Assembly (NCBI GenBank): GCA_964658305.1
Contig: OZ210885.1
Location: forward strand, 20,088,001-20,152,000
DNA: 64,000 nucleotides
Origin: Leptogorgia sarmentosa
Lineage: Eukaryota
Direction of reading: 5' to 3'
In this document: positions 1 through 13,005 of the stretch, in pieces
Numbering within the stretch: the stretch's first letter is position 1
How the letters are laid out: each line of letters begins with the position of its first letter
Position numbers and translations under genes: made by a program
Notes under the pieces: model-generated
What the model was told of the DNA's origin: nothing
Databases searched by the model: none
Seen by the model: the letters and a program-made list of their open reading frames with translations, nothing else

Positions 1-34
1 CTGACACAGGGGAGTGCCAAATTGCAATTGTTTT

Positions 35-112
35 ACGCTACAGCAAAGTTGACAGTTTTCAACCGATTCCACCGACCGATAGCATTATTATTTGTCAACT
101 TTGCTGTAGCGT
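35..112. repeat. Perfect 20-bp inverted repeat with 38-bp spacer
   Basis: ACGCTACAGCAAAGTTGACA at 35-54; exact reverse complement TGTCAACTTTGCTGTAGCGT at 93-112. Confidence 0.85.
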
Positions 113-767
113 GTTGAATTAATATGTGTATTTGTATTTATATGCGACATGATATTTGATACCAACAGCTTACTTATGGGGAATTCATATCACTTTGTAT
201 AATTTAATTTCGCCACACAAATCCTTCACGTTTAGTTTACCCGGGATGATACTACTATGCACTATGCAATGCAGCTTCGTACGCATTAGGTAACTCGGTT
301 TATATTTGATTTTGAAACATTTTCATCACGAAATAATTCATAGAAGCACACTTTTTAATACATATTTTTTAGATATAAAGTTCTTTTTACCGCGTTTCTT
401 GCTTCCATCTTTCTGAATTACGCAATGTTATTATATGGCAATGTTCACAAAATGTGTACACATTTGAGACATGCGCAGAAGCGACTGTAACCCAGCTTTA
501 AACATATATTTTAGTAAGAATTCCAAAGCTATATAACAAAAGAGAAAAAAATGTTATTTGGGGGGCATGTACAGAATTTTAAAGGAAAAAACGTACCATT
601 TTATCCAGTGAACCATCTTTGAATTTTCACACATACAGTGAAAGTTTTAAAAATTAAAGTAGATTTATGCAATTATTTGGAAAATAAGATGTGTTAGTTA
701 ATATAAGTTTATTGTAATGAGGATCCATGACTGTAATCCCATCTTTTATTCAAACGCAATGGTTTGT

Positions 768-3700
768 TCATCTCAATGCACCACTGTTTGTAGTTTCTAC
801 TAATTGATCTAGCCTGTCTTCCTCTTGCAGTCTATATAGTAGATTAGCTGATGATTTCAAGCTTGTTAATCGTTTGTATGTCATCGGTTCAATGACAGAA
901 GATGCAAGTGTTTTCACCCTGCTAATAGCAACATAGGATACTCTAGCAGTCCATTCTTGCCAATATCTATCTCCAAGCAAGCCTAAGAGATAACTGTTGT
1001 CTCTCATGGATACCTATTTCAGTCTGTGATGTAATGGTGATTGGACATATTGGAATACACAATGGTTGGTTGTTATTAAAAGCAGGACTTCTATAGTTCT
1101 CAAACTCCACCATTACTGTAATAGGTAAGTCAGGTGGCTGGTTGTTGTTCTGATAGATGATATCAACAACTGTCCCAGTAGCCCCATTACAAAGGGCCAA
1201 AGGCCAACACTTGCCCACAAATTAATTGTTAACATGACTCTGGCACCTTTTCCTAGAAACACAACAGGTTCAAACCCAGACATATCATCTGAGGATATTT
1301 TTTTGGCCAATACAGATGAATGACAAGCATTAATATGAGCAATGGTTGTAATTAGCAACTTGCTCATTACTATAAAAGAGTCCAGTAGCATCTTCAAAGT
1401 CACACAAGTTAGTGACATTACATGGTTGACATGTCAGAAGTAATTTCCAGTCTTCCACTGTTGACTCGCCTTTACGAAGTCGTAACAATAACTCTCTAAA
1501 CTGTATTTGTTCAGATGTCATGCCTTGTACTCATTGATTTACAGTGAGTTTTAGAACTTTGTCAAACATATGATAGGCTTGATAACCCTGTTCACCAACA
1601 GCATTTGATGGTTTAGCATGGTAAAGAGGCTTGTCTGCTACTGGTGGCAATTGTCCTGGATCACCAGTTAATATCAGAGATTTCCCCCCAAATACTCTGT
1701 CATTGGAACCAGTTGCTTGTTTGCAACGCTTGTCAGTCCAACCAAAAGTAACTTGGCCAAGCATGGAGTATTCATCAATAATGATGTAGTCGATGTCATT
1801 TAGACGTCTTGTAATCTACACAGACTTTGTCCTGTTAGGTCTTTATTACCTCTTGAGTAAGAGAATTTCTAAGAGAATTAATAAGGTAACTCTTACCAGT
1901 ACCTGCAACACCATTTATAATTAGACACAATGGCTCTTTATTAGATGATGTATCATGAAAATGAGAGTTGACTATGTCATAAGCAAGTTTTTGCATTTCA
2001 CTAAAACTGTTGACATCAACAATGTCATATTGCTCATCAATAGTATATCCTTCTTTGTTTGTTTTTATCCATGTAGGCATTTCATGGATTTGTTGTTCTA
2101 AGTAATTGGCTCTGTGAAGATGCCAGTCATGTGTTGACTGTGATGTTTGCTCAGATTTGTCAAATGGAGTGTTGAGGTCTGACAATATCATCCACTCCTC
2201 TCGAGTTCTCTCCTGTTCTTCAGAAGGTTCGTCCTCTGGTCCTTTGGGATAGGGAGAATATGTTGGGAATATTTTTGGAATTACATTCTCTGGCAATTTT
2301 GTCAGCTCATTTTTGACAACTTTGTATGATGTTGCAAATTCCAAAGTTCATATTCATTATATCTTGTGAACTTTCATATTGTTCTCGATTAGCATAATCG
2401 TTGCATGATTGACCTTCCTCTACTGTATTACGGACTCTACGGGATCCATTTAGACTTACTGGCATCACATTCGATGAAGAGCTATGGAGTTTCAAAGACA
2501 ACAAATGATGCATTCTCTTGAGCTGCATAATCTCTTTCACCAAGAGATTTCATAACTACTTTGTTAATAGCTCTATGAGGGTCAGTATTACTGTCAACAT
2601 TTTGCACAATAGAATTAAATGCCTGTTTTAACATAGGTGACCATGGTTCAACGTTAGCAGCATATTTTGTGAGATATTCAACACAAGCATATTGATCAGT
2701 AACAACTTGAATATCACAGTTAGCTCTCCATCCTTGGAGTTGAAGACGTTGATGGTTATTTAACCTGGAATCATTTCGTTTTGTCACAATTTTAGCTCTA
2801 TAATGTTCATTGTCACCTGATGTGTGAATTTTTTCAAATTCTAATTTTGTCCGAGGACAATGATCAAAAGGAAAATGAAATCTACATTTCAACTCTGTTT
2901 CATTTGACTTTTTTCGAAGGCAATAGCTTGTACTACAACGGATGTGTCGTTGAACCATATTTAACAGATCTACATAATCTGTTTCTCATGTTCAGGTATG
3001 TCACTATGACTTCTTTGACATGGACGAGTTTCAGGTCTTATCCACATATCCTCATCTGGTGGCTTTGGATTAACAGTTGATAACAATCAATCAACATATT
3101 GGCATACTGTGTCAGCTGCTCTCTGGCCAGCTTCAATATCATTATCTATTTCGGTTGTGTCAGAACAATCATTCTCATCCTTACACCTTTGTGCTAAAAA
3201 ACCTTTCAAAGCAATTTCAGTAAGTTGACACAAACCTGGGTCATTGTTTAATTTAGCAGTACCATGACAATGGATACTACCTCTGCCTTGGTATTCATAT
3301 CTAAACCAGTGCCATTTTGCACCAAGAGTATAATAGAGCCAGTGTTTTACGAAGCTTTCTAATCGTTGAGTAAAAAACCAATCAACAACATGGGGATTGT
3401 TAATAACATTTTTTCGTCTTTCTTCACTAGTAGAATTATCAGTTTCACAGTCAGTACCAGCTTTAAACAAAGCATGTAATTCCGGCCAGTGCATATCTGC
3501 AGAGGAGAAGCTGAAAAATAATATTGGTGCTCCAACACTATTTATAATAGCCTTAAGTTCTTCTCTTACTCTATTCCAGTAAGCATTAGTGCCAGCAGTA
3601 TTGCCAACATATCTAGAGACTTTAGACATAAACAGGTTAGCATTGTTACTGGTGGCCATTTCTCGCAGTTCATCAAAGGTGAGATGTGCTTCATCTGGGT

Positions 3701-4583
3701 TTTGTTAGGAATATTCCACTTTGCTGTAAGATTCGTTTTCTTTGAATCATGTTAAAAACCCAGTATGAAAATCTGGGATGGTTAGGAAAACGGTATACCC
3801 ATTTACAATCCATAAGTTCAGCAAATTTCAAAACGGACATCTCTCAGAAGTCCTTGATTGGTGGGATCACCTTTTTCCATCAGGAAATAATGGTTCATTT
3901 TCAACTGAAGGCCATTGCATTGGTTCATTTTCAGAAAGCTGATTTCTAACAGCTTCAATTTCCTGTTGTTGTTGTTTAACAACAGGTAAAAAACTACGAA
4001 TCATTATATACAATGTCCTCTGAGGGGTTATCAGTAGGAGGACCGACATCAGCAGAACAATTATCATCTGATACTATATAATTATCAGTCTCCGTAGTCA
4101 TAAGATGTGGTATACCATTTTCAGGTAATGAAGATAATGCATCTTCATTAATTGTTACTTCTGAATAATGCGAATATTGTTTATAAGCCAAACTAAAGCA
4201 CTATGCACTTTTTGTTTTGTCACAGTCACATCTCTGAATGTATTGTCTCTACCTTTAACTTTGACAATAATGACAGGCAAGTCTTTGGGGTATCTTGGCA
4301 AAGATGTTGCACGTTCTGTGACATTTTGTGGTGAATTAATACAATGCCCTGAATAACCTCGTTGACCACCAGGTTTGATATAAACTCTCATGGTTGGCAA
4401 AGCACAAGCAATTAACATTTCCTCAATCTGAGTTAAATTTTGCAGTTCATGTGGAACAGGTGAAGGTAGCATTGAGTTTTCACATGAAAACTTTTTAGGA
4501 GATTTTTTAGCTCTAGAGCATCGTGAACACATGTAAGGTGACCTTGGTTTAGACTTCAAAGGAGTCTCTGGCATGAGAGTCAA
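768..4583 (-). pseudogene. Helitron RepHel (HUH Rep + PIF1/SF1 helicase), heavily frameshifted
   Basis: Collinear ORF fragments: [16 protein letters not shown] (DUF6570-like), HUH motif [21 protein letters not shown], Walker A GVAGTGKS, IIIDEYSM (about 1763-1790), GDPGQLPPV, GARVMLTINLW, NGATGTV, RQQLSLRLAW; many stops and frameshifts. Confidence 0.92.
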
Positions 4584-4800
4584 ATAGATAAAAATTATCT
4601 GTCTGTTTTACTAAGGCCATCATATAGCCTTCTAATATTAGAATTGCATAACTATCATTTTTAAAAGTATTTAAAAGTGCAGTGTGAATATCATAGTAGT
4701 GACATGCAATTTCTTGGTCTGTGATAACAAGACCTTGAAATTCTGCTCCATAATTTATTAAGCAAATTTGGTTTTCATTTTCTGTATCATCATGTATATC
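4560..4800 (-). pseudogene. Fragment resembling Peptidase C76 (herpes BPLF1-like deubiquitinase) domain upstream of the Helitron Rep
   Basis: [28 protein letters not shown]; the FDSH motif after two hydrophobic strands is typical of C76; catalytic Cys region not seen. Confidence 0.55.
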
Positions 4801-4853
4801 AGTGATACTTTGTGCCTCAACTGGCTCCACGACAATGGGCAGATCAATATCTG

Positions 4854-5012
4854 TCACCTTCATAGGTGATGTTGTATTGATCACCTTCATAGGTGATGTT
4901 GTATCAGTCACGTTGATAGGTGATGTTGTATCAGTCACCTTCATAGGTGATGTTGTATTGATCACCTTCATAGGTGATGTTATATTGGTCACCCTCATAA
5001 TAGGTGATGTTG
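4854..5012. repeat. 27-bp minisatellite, about 6 copies, in-frame 9-aa repeat (TTSPMKVxx) on the minus strand
   Basis: Unit approx TCACCTTCATAGGTGATGTTGTATTGA repeated in tandem. Confidence 0.92.
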
Positions 5013-5639
5013 TTTTTGACTGTATAGTCAGGTCATTGCTACATGTTTGATTCTCATTTATGTTATTTTACACCTGATTCTCATGATTACTGTAACTATG
5101 CCAAATTAACAATCAATATGTCAAAAAAATCTCAGTGAATTGGGCTGAAACTTTACCAAACCAAATATTGGTGGTTGTTAACTTGTTAATACTCTTTCTG
5201 TGAGGTTTGTCGTGCAAGTAAAATACATGTTTTATAAAGCTACATTGACAAGAACAACTTAAGAAATGTTTGTCCAAAAATACCAATTCAAATCGGTATT
5301 GTAGAATGTATGGTTTTTTTTAGCCATCCAGATTTTTCCTGGGTAGGTGAATTTACATGGGGAAATCTCAGCCTGGTTAGCAGTGCCTTGTTTGAGACAA
5401 TTGAGATCTCGGCTAGGTGCATGGATTCACTGGGCTGGCAGATCCACCGTGGGATATTATAGTATCCCAGGCTCACATGTGATGCGTGGACAACATGCGC
5501 TTACCATAGCCATGCAAAATGGCAGGCTTTTCGCGTGTTTGCATGTGTTTCGCTTAGGAGCAACAGATTCGCATAAAACGAGTTTTTATGTATTTATTCA
5601 TGTCAAAATTATGTAGTTCCATGAGGGGTGCAACAGAAT

Positions 5640-6342
5640 TGCATCTTTTTTATGCTGATCCTACAGCTTATATTAATCTCCATACAACAGAGATATTCTT
5701 GAGCTTTGACAACAAAATCCAGTGCAAAATGGCCACATTCACACCTGGTTGCATAGTAATGTAAACAAGGCAACACCCACAATATTAATATTTCGTTCTG
5801 GTCCATAACAAAACAAAAACACACACAAACAAACTTACTAAGAAGCAATATCGACACGACCATCAGAACGACTCTCTAGTATATCCTCAAGTTGCTGTTC
5901 TTCTGCCCCAGAGCCTCCTCATATTGTACTGTTTGCTTGTGTGAAGCAAGTGGTTCAACATTATCGTCAAATGGCCAAATTTCAGAGTCGGATTTGCCTG
6001 AATTTGCTGTAATATATACAGATAAGTCGATAGAAGAATCTGTATCGGATGAAGATGCCAAAACCTCACTAGATTGCGATGAAGCTGACATTTTTTAAGC
6101 CAATGCTGCACACTATTTGTGTACTATTTTAGCTTGCGCTTGTGTCTTGTGTTAAGACTATGACGTCACAAACCTCTTCACAATCATACCCAACAAGATG
6201 GCGGGCTTTAATGCCAGACAGCGATATTTGATTGCTTACCACATTCGTTTACAATCTTACAGACGTTTATTGTATAACAATAAAGCCATTACTTTAAAAA
6301 AATGAAGGTTTTTTGATGACCCATTTTCACCACAGTAGCACT
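5640..6342 (-). mobile_element. Truncated Kolobok end carrying a decayed P2X7-like/KolX accessory gene
   Basis: MSASSQSS..PFDDNVEPLA and RCECGHFALDFVVKAQEYLCCMEI parallel the intact gene at 43514 (PYDDEPLA; CKCNNCGLDLVENVYELQCCQEI); terminus ..GCACT|TTAG resembles the GCACT|TTAA Kolobok ends in this window. Confidence 0.65.
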
Positions 6343-6413
6343 TTAGGGGCAACTTCCTCAAGGCTTAACTGATATGTGTATTATTATTATCATTATATTA
6401 TTATATTATTATT

Positions 6414-6558
6414 AACAATTATTGGATGAGGTTTTTGTGATATGCGGAATTATCAAGGTCAAGGTAAGAGTTATCAGCCGAGCCGAAGGCGAGGCTGATA
6501 ACGCTTACCGAGACCTTGATAATTCCGCATATCACAAAAACCGAATTCAATAATTGTT
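6414..6558. repeat. 145-bp imperfect palindrome/hairpin with GCC-GAA-GGC apex
   Basis: Arm GGTTTTTGTGATATGCGGAATTATCAAGGTC pairs with GACCTTGATAATTCCGCATATCACAAAAACC; inner GTTATCAGCC/GGCTGATAAC; outer AACAATTATTG/CAATAATTGTT. Confidence 0.93.
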
Positions 6559-6707
6559 TTATTATACATTTGAAGAATAATAAACCAAGTATTAACGCAT
6601 GAAAAACTTTATTTATGAAAACATAGGCACACCCAATAATACATCAATTAATTCATAATAAAACAAGTCCAACAGTTAAACAAGACCCTATATTATCGTT
6701 AACCCAT

Positions 6708-7936
6708 TCAATTGTTAAAGTATACATTGCAATTATAAAATGTATACTGTTTGGCAACCTCTGTGTTGGTAGTCAAGTTCAGGTCTGTCAAAATATGCTG
6801 TTCTTGTGAAAGGGTCAATAGGGGAGACAAACTTGTTGCTGGCAATGCTGGTTTCGGTATCTGCTGCGGGTGATATATCATGGATGGAAAGTCGCCGCCG
6901 CTGGTACCTGTAGTTGCAGATGTCAAGGTTTCTGAGATTTGCTTCTTTGTAGCTTCGTCCGTCTTGCTATAACTTCAGATGGAACTCTCGGAACGGTGGC
7001 CACTGACCGACATAATGTGGCGTGCCTCGAAACCTGATTTATCTAGGATTGTGACCGCGGTCGCCCGTATCGAATGGTTTGTGTACTGCTGTGATAAACC
7101 TGCCTGCTTGGATATGTTTTTCATCATGTCGCCTAGGTATCTTTCGCCGACGACCATGTTGTCATACCAAACATCAGAATCTGCCGTCGTCTTTTTCTTT
7201 GGACGTTGAAACAAGAATTCATTCTTTGGGTTTAAATGCTGTAGATATTTCTCAAAAGACGCAACAGGACAGAATTGGCCTTGGTTGCATACATCATCCC
7301 TCCTTGTTCGGCTTCGTCGTTTTCTCTGTGGTTTTTGGTTAACTCGTTAACAACTTTCATCACAAACTTTTTCCCCGATGCATCGACCATAACAGAGAAG
7401 TGCGACTTCTCTAACTGGCGTAAGTTTTGACGTCCACGATGGCAAAAGCACAACATGATTTCGAAAAACACTTTGTTCAAAAGGGTTTTCGGGCTATCGG
7501 TGTTTAACACAGCACTTTCATAAAGCTTTTTAAGGTCTTCATTGGCTATCGGAGGCTTGTGTTGCACTTTTGCTAGTCCTTCTTTCTTCAGTTGAACACA
7601 TTTGGGCGAGTAAACTTCGTTCGCTTCGTTGAATCCTTTATCATTAATAATATCAAAGCCTGTCACCGTCTTCAAATATCTTTTCAAACCGAATCGGATT
7701 GTTCTAAGGCTTCCCATACTGTAAGACGAACCATCCTTTTTTCGCGCTTTGACATAAAATTTCTTAAGAACTTGAGCAAGTTCCCTTTTTTCGGTTGGTT
7801 CTGCTATTCCTTTTTCATTCAGATATTAGTAAAATACTTCCTTGGCAACTTTATACGTTCTTTTCGTGTTATCTGCGTCTTTGTCTTCGAGTAATTTTTG
7901 TATTTCGTCTTCTGAAAAGTTTGAAAATCTCTCCAT
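6708..7936 (-). pseudogene. Crypton-type tyrosine recombinase (DUF3504 / ZMYM-QRICH1-KCTD1-like)
   Basis: MERFSNFSEDEIQKLL..NTKR start; FCHRGRQNLRQL; ELTKNH; TNHSIRAT (HxxR); SGHRSESSI*SY; ends in FYNCNVYFN; internal stops and frameshifts. Confidence 0.88.
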
Positions 7937-8029
7937 TTCAGTGTATATAATATTTACATTATCATATTTACATTAATATAATAATTATTATTATTGTCTC
8001 TCGGAACGCTTTAAAATCATCACCAAATG

Positions 8030-8795
8030 AAGATATCAATAATCTATGGAAGGATACAGGCAACTACAAAAATGTACAATACGACACCTACAAAAATGCC
8101 AAGGACATTTTAAGTACAGTCATAGAACAACACGAAGACAAACTGCAACACCACCTTATTTCACAAGGCTCATTCTTCAACAATATAATTAAATATTCTC
8201 ATTCAACTCAACATGGTCCTCCGTATAAAGAAAACTTCTCAAGAATATATTCAATTTCACTATTCGTTACATAAATAACACTCTTCCGACCTGCAAAAAT
8301 CTTCAAAAATGGGGAATATCATCAACATGCGAATGCTCATTCTGTCTAGAACCAGAATCGCTCCTCCACATCATTGCTGGATGCAAGACATACCTAAATG
8401 AAAAGACAAAAATATCAAGAACTAATTAACAATCAGCTTAATAATTTTGAAAACGTTCAATTTGTTAATTTATCTATCAGTTCCTTAGGAGTTTTCAGTC
8501 AACCATCTTTAGATTTTATTGAAATGCTGAAAGATCTGAAATTTGATGAGCAATATAGAAAGTACCTTGTGAAGAAAATGATTAACACTTGTATCAGATC
8601 GTCCTACTATATATTCTGTAAGCGAAAAAAGAATGGGACAACCCACAACTAATGTCCTACTAATTTACTTCATGTATATATACATATATTTCTCTTTTTC
8701 CATATATTGAATTGAATCAAGTAGACAATGATAAACTACCTGTAACAGAGAGGTTTATCAAAGTAGTTTGTAACATTTAAAAACAATCAATAAAA
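8030..8795 (+). mobile_element. 3' fragment of an RLE-type (R2/NeSL/HERO-like) non-LTR retrotransposon
   Basis: NNTLPTCKNLQKWG..CSFCLEPESLLHIIAGC (CCHC knuckle), then KRQKYQEL..SISSLG endonuclease C-terminal motif; internal deletion; AATAAA near 8789. Confidence 0.72.
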
Positions 8796-9248
8796 GTTTC
8801 CATTATCCTTGTTTTGGCTTTCTCGTAGAAGAAACACAAGCTCAGAGTATAAAAGGTGTTTTGATAAAGGTGTTTTCAAAAACAGAGATATAGGTAATAT
8901 TAACTCTGTGGCTTGGTATGGAGAATGGAAACGAAATAATCATTGTGTTTTATGAACAGATGCAGATTATTTCATCAGTACTAATATTGGCATATATAGT
9001 TGGAAATCGAACAGCTGAGAAATTTGTTGTTGCTGTGTAGAGAAATTCCGGGTGCAGCCTGGCTGTTTTGTCATCACAATTGTAAATTTGCAATAAAACT
9101 ACAAAGCAAGTGTGAGGTTCTCGGAGCAATGATCGAGTCATTAGGAGTAAAGAAATTCAAATTAGATCAAATTATTAGGAGTAGGAATATTTTTTAGCCA
9201 CAAAGCATTAAATTTATTCGGAATGACACTGTAAGGAAGCAAGTGGAC

Positions 9249-9402
9249 CAGTGGCATCGCCAGAGTCGATAAGTGAGGTGGACATATTCATATATTCGTG
9301 TTCGTAGACCATAAAAACAATCGATTTCAAAAGAAATTGTGCAAAACATGAATAATTTATATGAATATGTCCACCTCACTTATCAAGCTGGCGACGCCAC
9401 TG
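9249..9402. mobile_element. 154-bp hAT-type MITE
   Basis: About 45-bp TIRs CAGTGGCATCGCCAG../..CTGGCGACGCCACTG; perfect 8-bp TSD AAGTGGAC (9241-9248, 9403-9410). Confidence 0.92.
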
Positions 9403-9629
9403 AAGTGGACCGAAGACATTCTATTAACGATAGTAGTTACCAGGATTTTCGGCCAGCCCAAGTTCTACAGCTAGGCAATCTCTTGACAACGCTTGCTCTA
9501 TCAGATCCCAGGCACATGAGTGTACTAGTGTGAGTGATATTGATAGTAATAATGATTACTGTAATGATTACCTGTTTGATGATGGTTATGTGGAATATTT
9601 GTCTACACTGTATTTGAAAGAATGCGGGG

Positions 9630-10830
9630 TACACATTTATGATGGCAAAGTGAACCCGGCCATGTGGGAAAAGGAAAAGAGTATTACAATTTGTGGTTCA
9701 TATTGCAGGGGCAGGGACCAAACCATGTAGTGTTTTTGAGGCATTTTGCAAGTGTAAATGAGGACAAGATGTTGGGCGTAAGCATATCGCAACAGCAATG
9801 TACTCTCTAGAGTTTCTTTTGAATGCCGAAGGAAAAGACAGTGTGACCAGTGGAGCGTGTTTGTGGAAAAGAAAGAAACGATACAGCATCACACCTTGCG
9901 AAGTTAAAGATGTAAACATTTCCAAATGTGAATATGGTGAGCCTGGTAAAAAGAGAAAACACAAGTATGTGAGGCTGCAGAACATTGATCATGATCCGAG
10001 TGGAGGAAAGATTTCGGAAAGAAAAATCACACGATGATATGGTAAAGTTTGCCACCTCAATGAAAGAACAGGTAACCAGCAAATTGACAGACACGAGTAA
10101 TCAGCCTGCTATTTTCCCTTTATTGTGTAAACTTTATCTTCCAGACGACACACCAAAAGCAACCACTTTCAATGACATGTTGAAATGCACAGAAAATAGT
10201 ATTTGTTTTGATCGTAGTTTGAATTCTCCTACGTTCAATGTTTTAATTTGTATGCATTATTATAATTTATGTAAACTTCCTAAATTATAAAAGGACAGTT
10301 ATAGTCCAATCTGGAAGTTAGTCAGTGGTACGTAGAGTTAAGAACTATAGCGATGTGGACGAGCATATATATATATGAACGGGATTGCAGTAAGGACTAC
10401 GATTTCAGTATGGAGTACCAACATTGTAAGTAGATATTATTTCATTATCTTATCATAAGTATTTAAGTAATGGTATGTAATTATATTCTCTTAGATTCAA
10501 ACGTCTTATTAATAAATATTATCGTTGGAAAAGTATCTCGTAGCTGGAATCGGTCCGTAAAACAGTATTCTTGGTATTATGGAGCATAAGATTAAGCAGT
10601 TTCTTCAAGACAATAATACTTCCAATGCAACAGCTGAGGGATTTTTAAATTACCTGTCATTCAGTGATTCAGAAATAAATGATGTTGAGAGTGCCACTGT
10701 TGATCAGTGGGAATGCTCATGCGAACCTAATAATCCAAGGGATTGGGGATTGTTAGAGGAAGAGGAAGCCAGAAAATGTTATATTATGTCTGTTGCGGGA
10801 AAGCAACATAACAAGATCCGCCTTGAACGG
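9630..10830 (+). pseudogene. SWIM finger + YqaJ/lambda-exonuclease-like gene remnant (accessory gene of ISL2EU/Harbinger-like DNA transposons)
   Basis: FCKCK*GQDVGRKHIATAMY, SVTSGACLW, EINDVESATVDQWEC, WGLLEEEEARKCY; split by a solo LTR and truncated by the LINE. Confidence 0.62.
10204..10564 (+). mobile_element. Solo LTR (361 bp, BEL/Gypsy-type)
   Basis: TGTTTT...AAAACA termini; 5-bp TSD GTATT (10199-10203, 10565-10569); TATA-like run near 10366; AATAAA at 10511; removal restores reading frame ENSI|LGIMEHK. Confidence 0.85.
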
Positions 10831-11093
10831 TGAATAACCATAACTGGGCTAATCTAGACAGTCAGCTATTCACAGAATTATATTATGAAATATGTACAGC
10901 ACTGGATGAGAAAATTAACAATAGATTAATATACATAGAAAGAATAATAAATATAAGGAAAGATAGATCACGTCCTCAAAAGTTGAATAATATTAAAAAC
11001 AAAAGTAAGTATGGATAAATAAGGTGTCAAAGGGAGTAGGAGAAAATATCCATATAAATGATTAAATAGGATTAAAGACATATTTAAACTAAC

Positions 11094-12799
11094 TTAGCGT
11101 GCTACTCGACTAAGATTACAATACTGTTGAATTATATCATTTTTCAGATACACTTTAAATCCAATTTTTGTAAGTTTTTTAGCAGATTCACTGATCGAGT
11201 TCCAAGTCTTTGCTCCAATAAATCTTATATTAAATTTTCCATAATTGGTCCTAATTTTTGGAATTGAATATGATGACCCAGAAGCTAGTCTTGTATCATG
11301 GCCATGTTTTATGTTTAGGAAAAAGGTGTCAAATGATGTTGGCAAGATTCCATGATGGAAATCATACATGAACATAGTAGTAACAGAATAAACAAGGTCA
11401 AATATCTTAATAATTTTCAGTTTTAGAAATAAAGGATTAGTATGATCATTATAATCTGAAAATGTGATTAACCTAACGATCTTTTTTTGTAAAATAAAAA
11501 GTGGATTTAATGTAGTATGGTAGGTATTTCCCCAAGCGATTAAGCAATAAGTTAAATATGGATACACCAAAGCATAGTAAAGGCTTTTAAGAATTTCCAG
11601 ATTAACAAAGTGACGAACTTTTGAAATCACACCAATGTTACGTTTAATTTTCTTTGAGACATGAGAGACATGATCCCTCCAATTTAAGTGGCAATCTATA
11701 ATTACCCCTAAGTATTTAGTTTTGTACTCGCGTTTTAAAGATTCATTATTTAAATTCACCCGAAAACTATCACCTATCTTTTTCTGCATTGGATGAAAAA
11801 TAATAAAACTAGACTTTTCAATGTTAAGTGACAATTTATTAGCACATAACCATGTACTAACACATTTTATTTCACTATTGATGCATGACTCCAACTTCGC
11901 TAGATTCTGATCAGTATAAAAAATATTAGAATCGTCTGCAAACAAATGAAAATCAAAAATTTCGGAACAGTTATGAAAGTCGTTTATATATAATAAAAAA
12001 AGAATAGGACCCAGAACTGAACCCTGTGGTACTCCACAAGTAATACCCAGCATATCGGATTTAACACCGCCCATAGAAACAAACTGTTTCCTATTATCTA
12101 AATAAGATTTAAACCAATCATTTGCCATGCCTCTAATTCCATAATATTCAAGCTTTTGTAATAGAATTTGGTGGTTTACTGTGTCAAATGCCTTAGATAA
12201 GTCCAAAAAAATTCCACAAGAATAATTGCAGTCCTCAATCGCATTTTGAATTTTATCTATTATGGAAAGAACTGCATGCAGCGTAGAATGATTCGACCTA
12301 AAACCAAACTGCTTTTCATATAATAAATTATGTTTAGTAATAAAGTCCTTAAGCCGTCTACAGACTAATCTTTCAAGAAGTCCATTAAAAATTGAAAGTA
12401 ATGAGATGGGTCGATAGTTATTAAGAATAAGTTGTGAACCGGAATAACACTAGCAATCTTAAATTTATCAGGGAGAGTGCTAGAAGAAATAGAACAATTA
12501 AATATTGTTGCTAAGGGTACAGATATATGCTCTTTTATCAATTTCAGTATTTTTACTAGCACACTGAATGGACCACAGCTCTTAGAAATCTTAAGGTTAC
12601 TTATTTCTTCAGCAATTTCGTTCACAGAAATTGAATTTAGAAAAAAACTATTAGATTGTCTTATTGCTGGCATAAAAGACAAAGGAGATGCACTTGTTGC
12701 TGGAATATCATTGGCAAGATTATTACCTACGTTAGTAAAAAATGCATTAAAAGAATTTGCTATTGAGTATGTATCAGTTATTGCATTATTGTCAACAAC
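11094..12799 (-). pseudogene. LINE ORF2 reverse transcriptase portion
   Basis: KQFGFR, FLDLSKAFDTV, GVPQGSVLGP, LFADD, KYLGV motifs; frameshift near 12365-12440. Confidence 0.95.
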
Positions 12800-13005
12800 T
12801 AGCCTGCGCGCAGACGCTCCACGTAAAATAAATTAAGGGGAAATTGGAGCGTCTGCGAATCAGTGTCAATTTCCTTGTTCTATAATTTATTTTTGAAACA
12901 ATACTATTACGTAATTCTTAATGCGTGTGAAATAATTAATGCACATTTATGCATATATTTTAACTTCCTGTTGTGAGCGAAGCAAGATATTTTCATCCAT
13001 CTATA

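Noticed and set aside
4854..5012. CRISPR-like array of palindromic repeats
   Set aside because: Units are head-to-tail with no unique spacers, there are no cas genes, and the context is eukaryotic; it is a minisatellite
5345..5540. GC-richer stretch resembling a Harbinger-type MITE interior
   Set aside because: Paired TIRs and TSD could not be defined
8820..9120. Possible degenerate THAP on the minus strand, divergent from SWIM-YqaJ
   Set aside because: Only weak partial motifs (PGISLHS, ICS) across different frames
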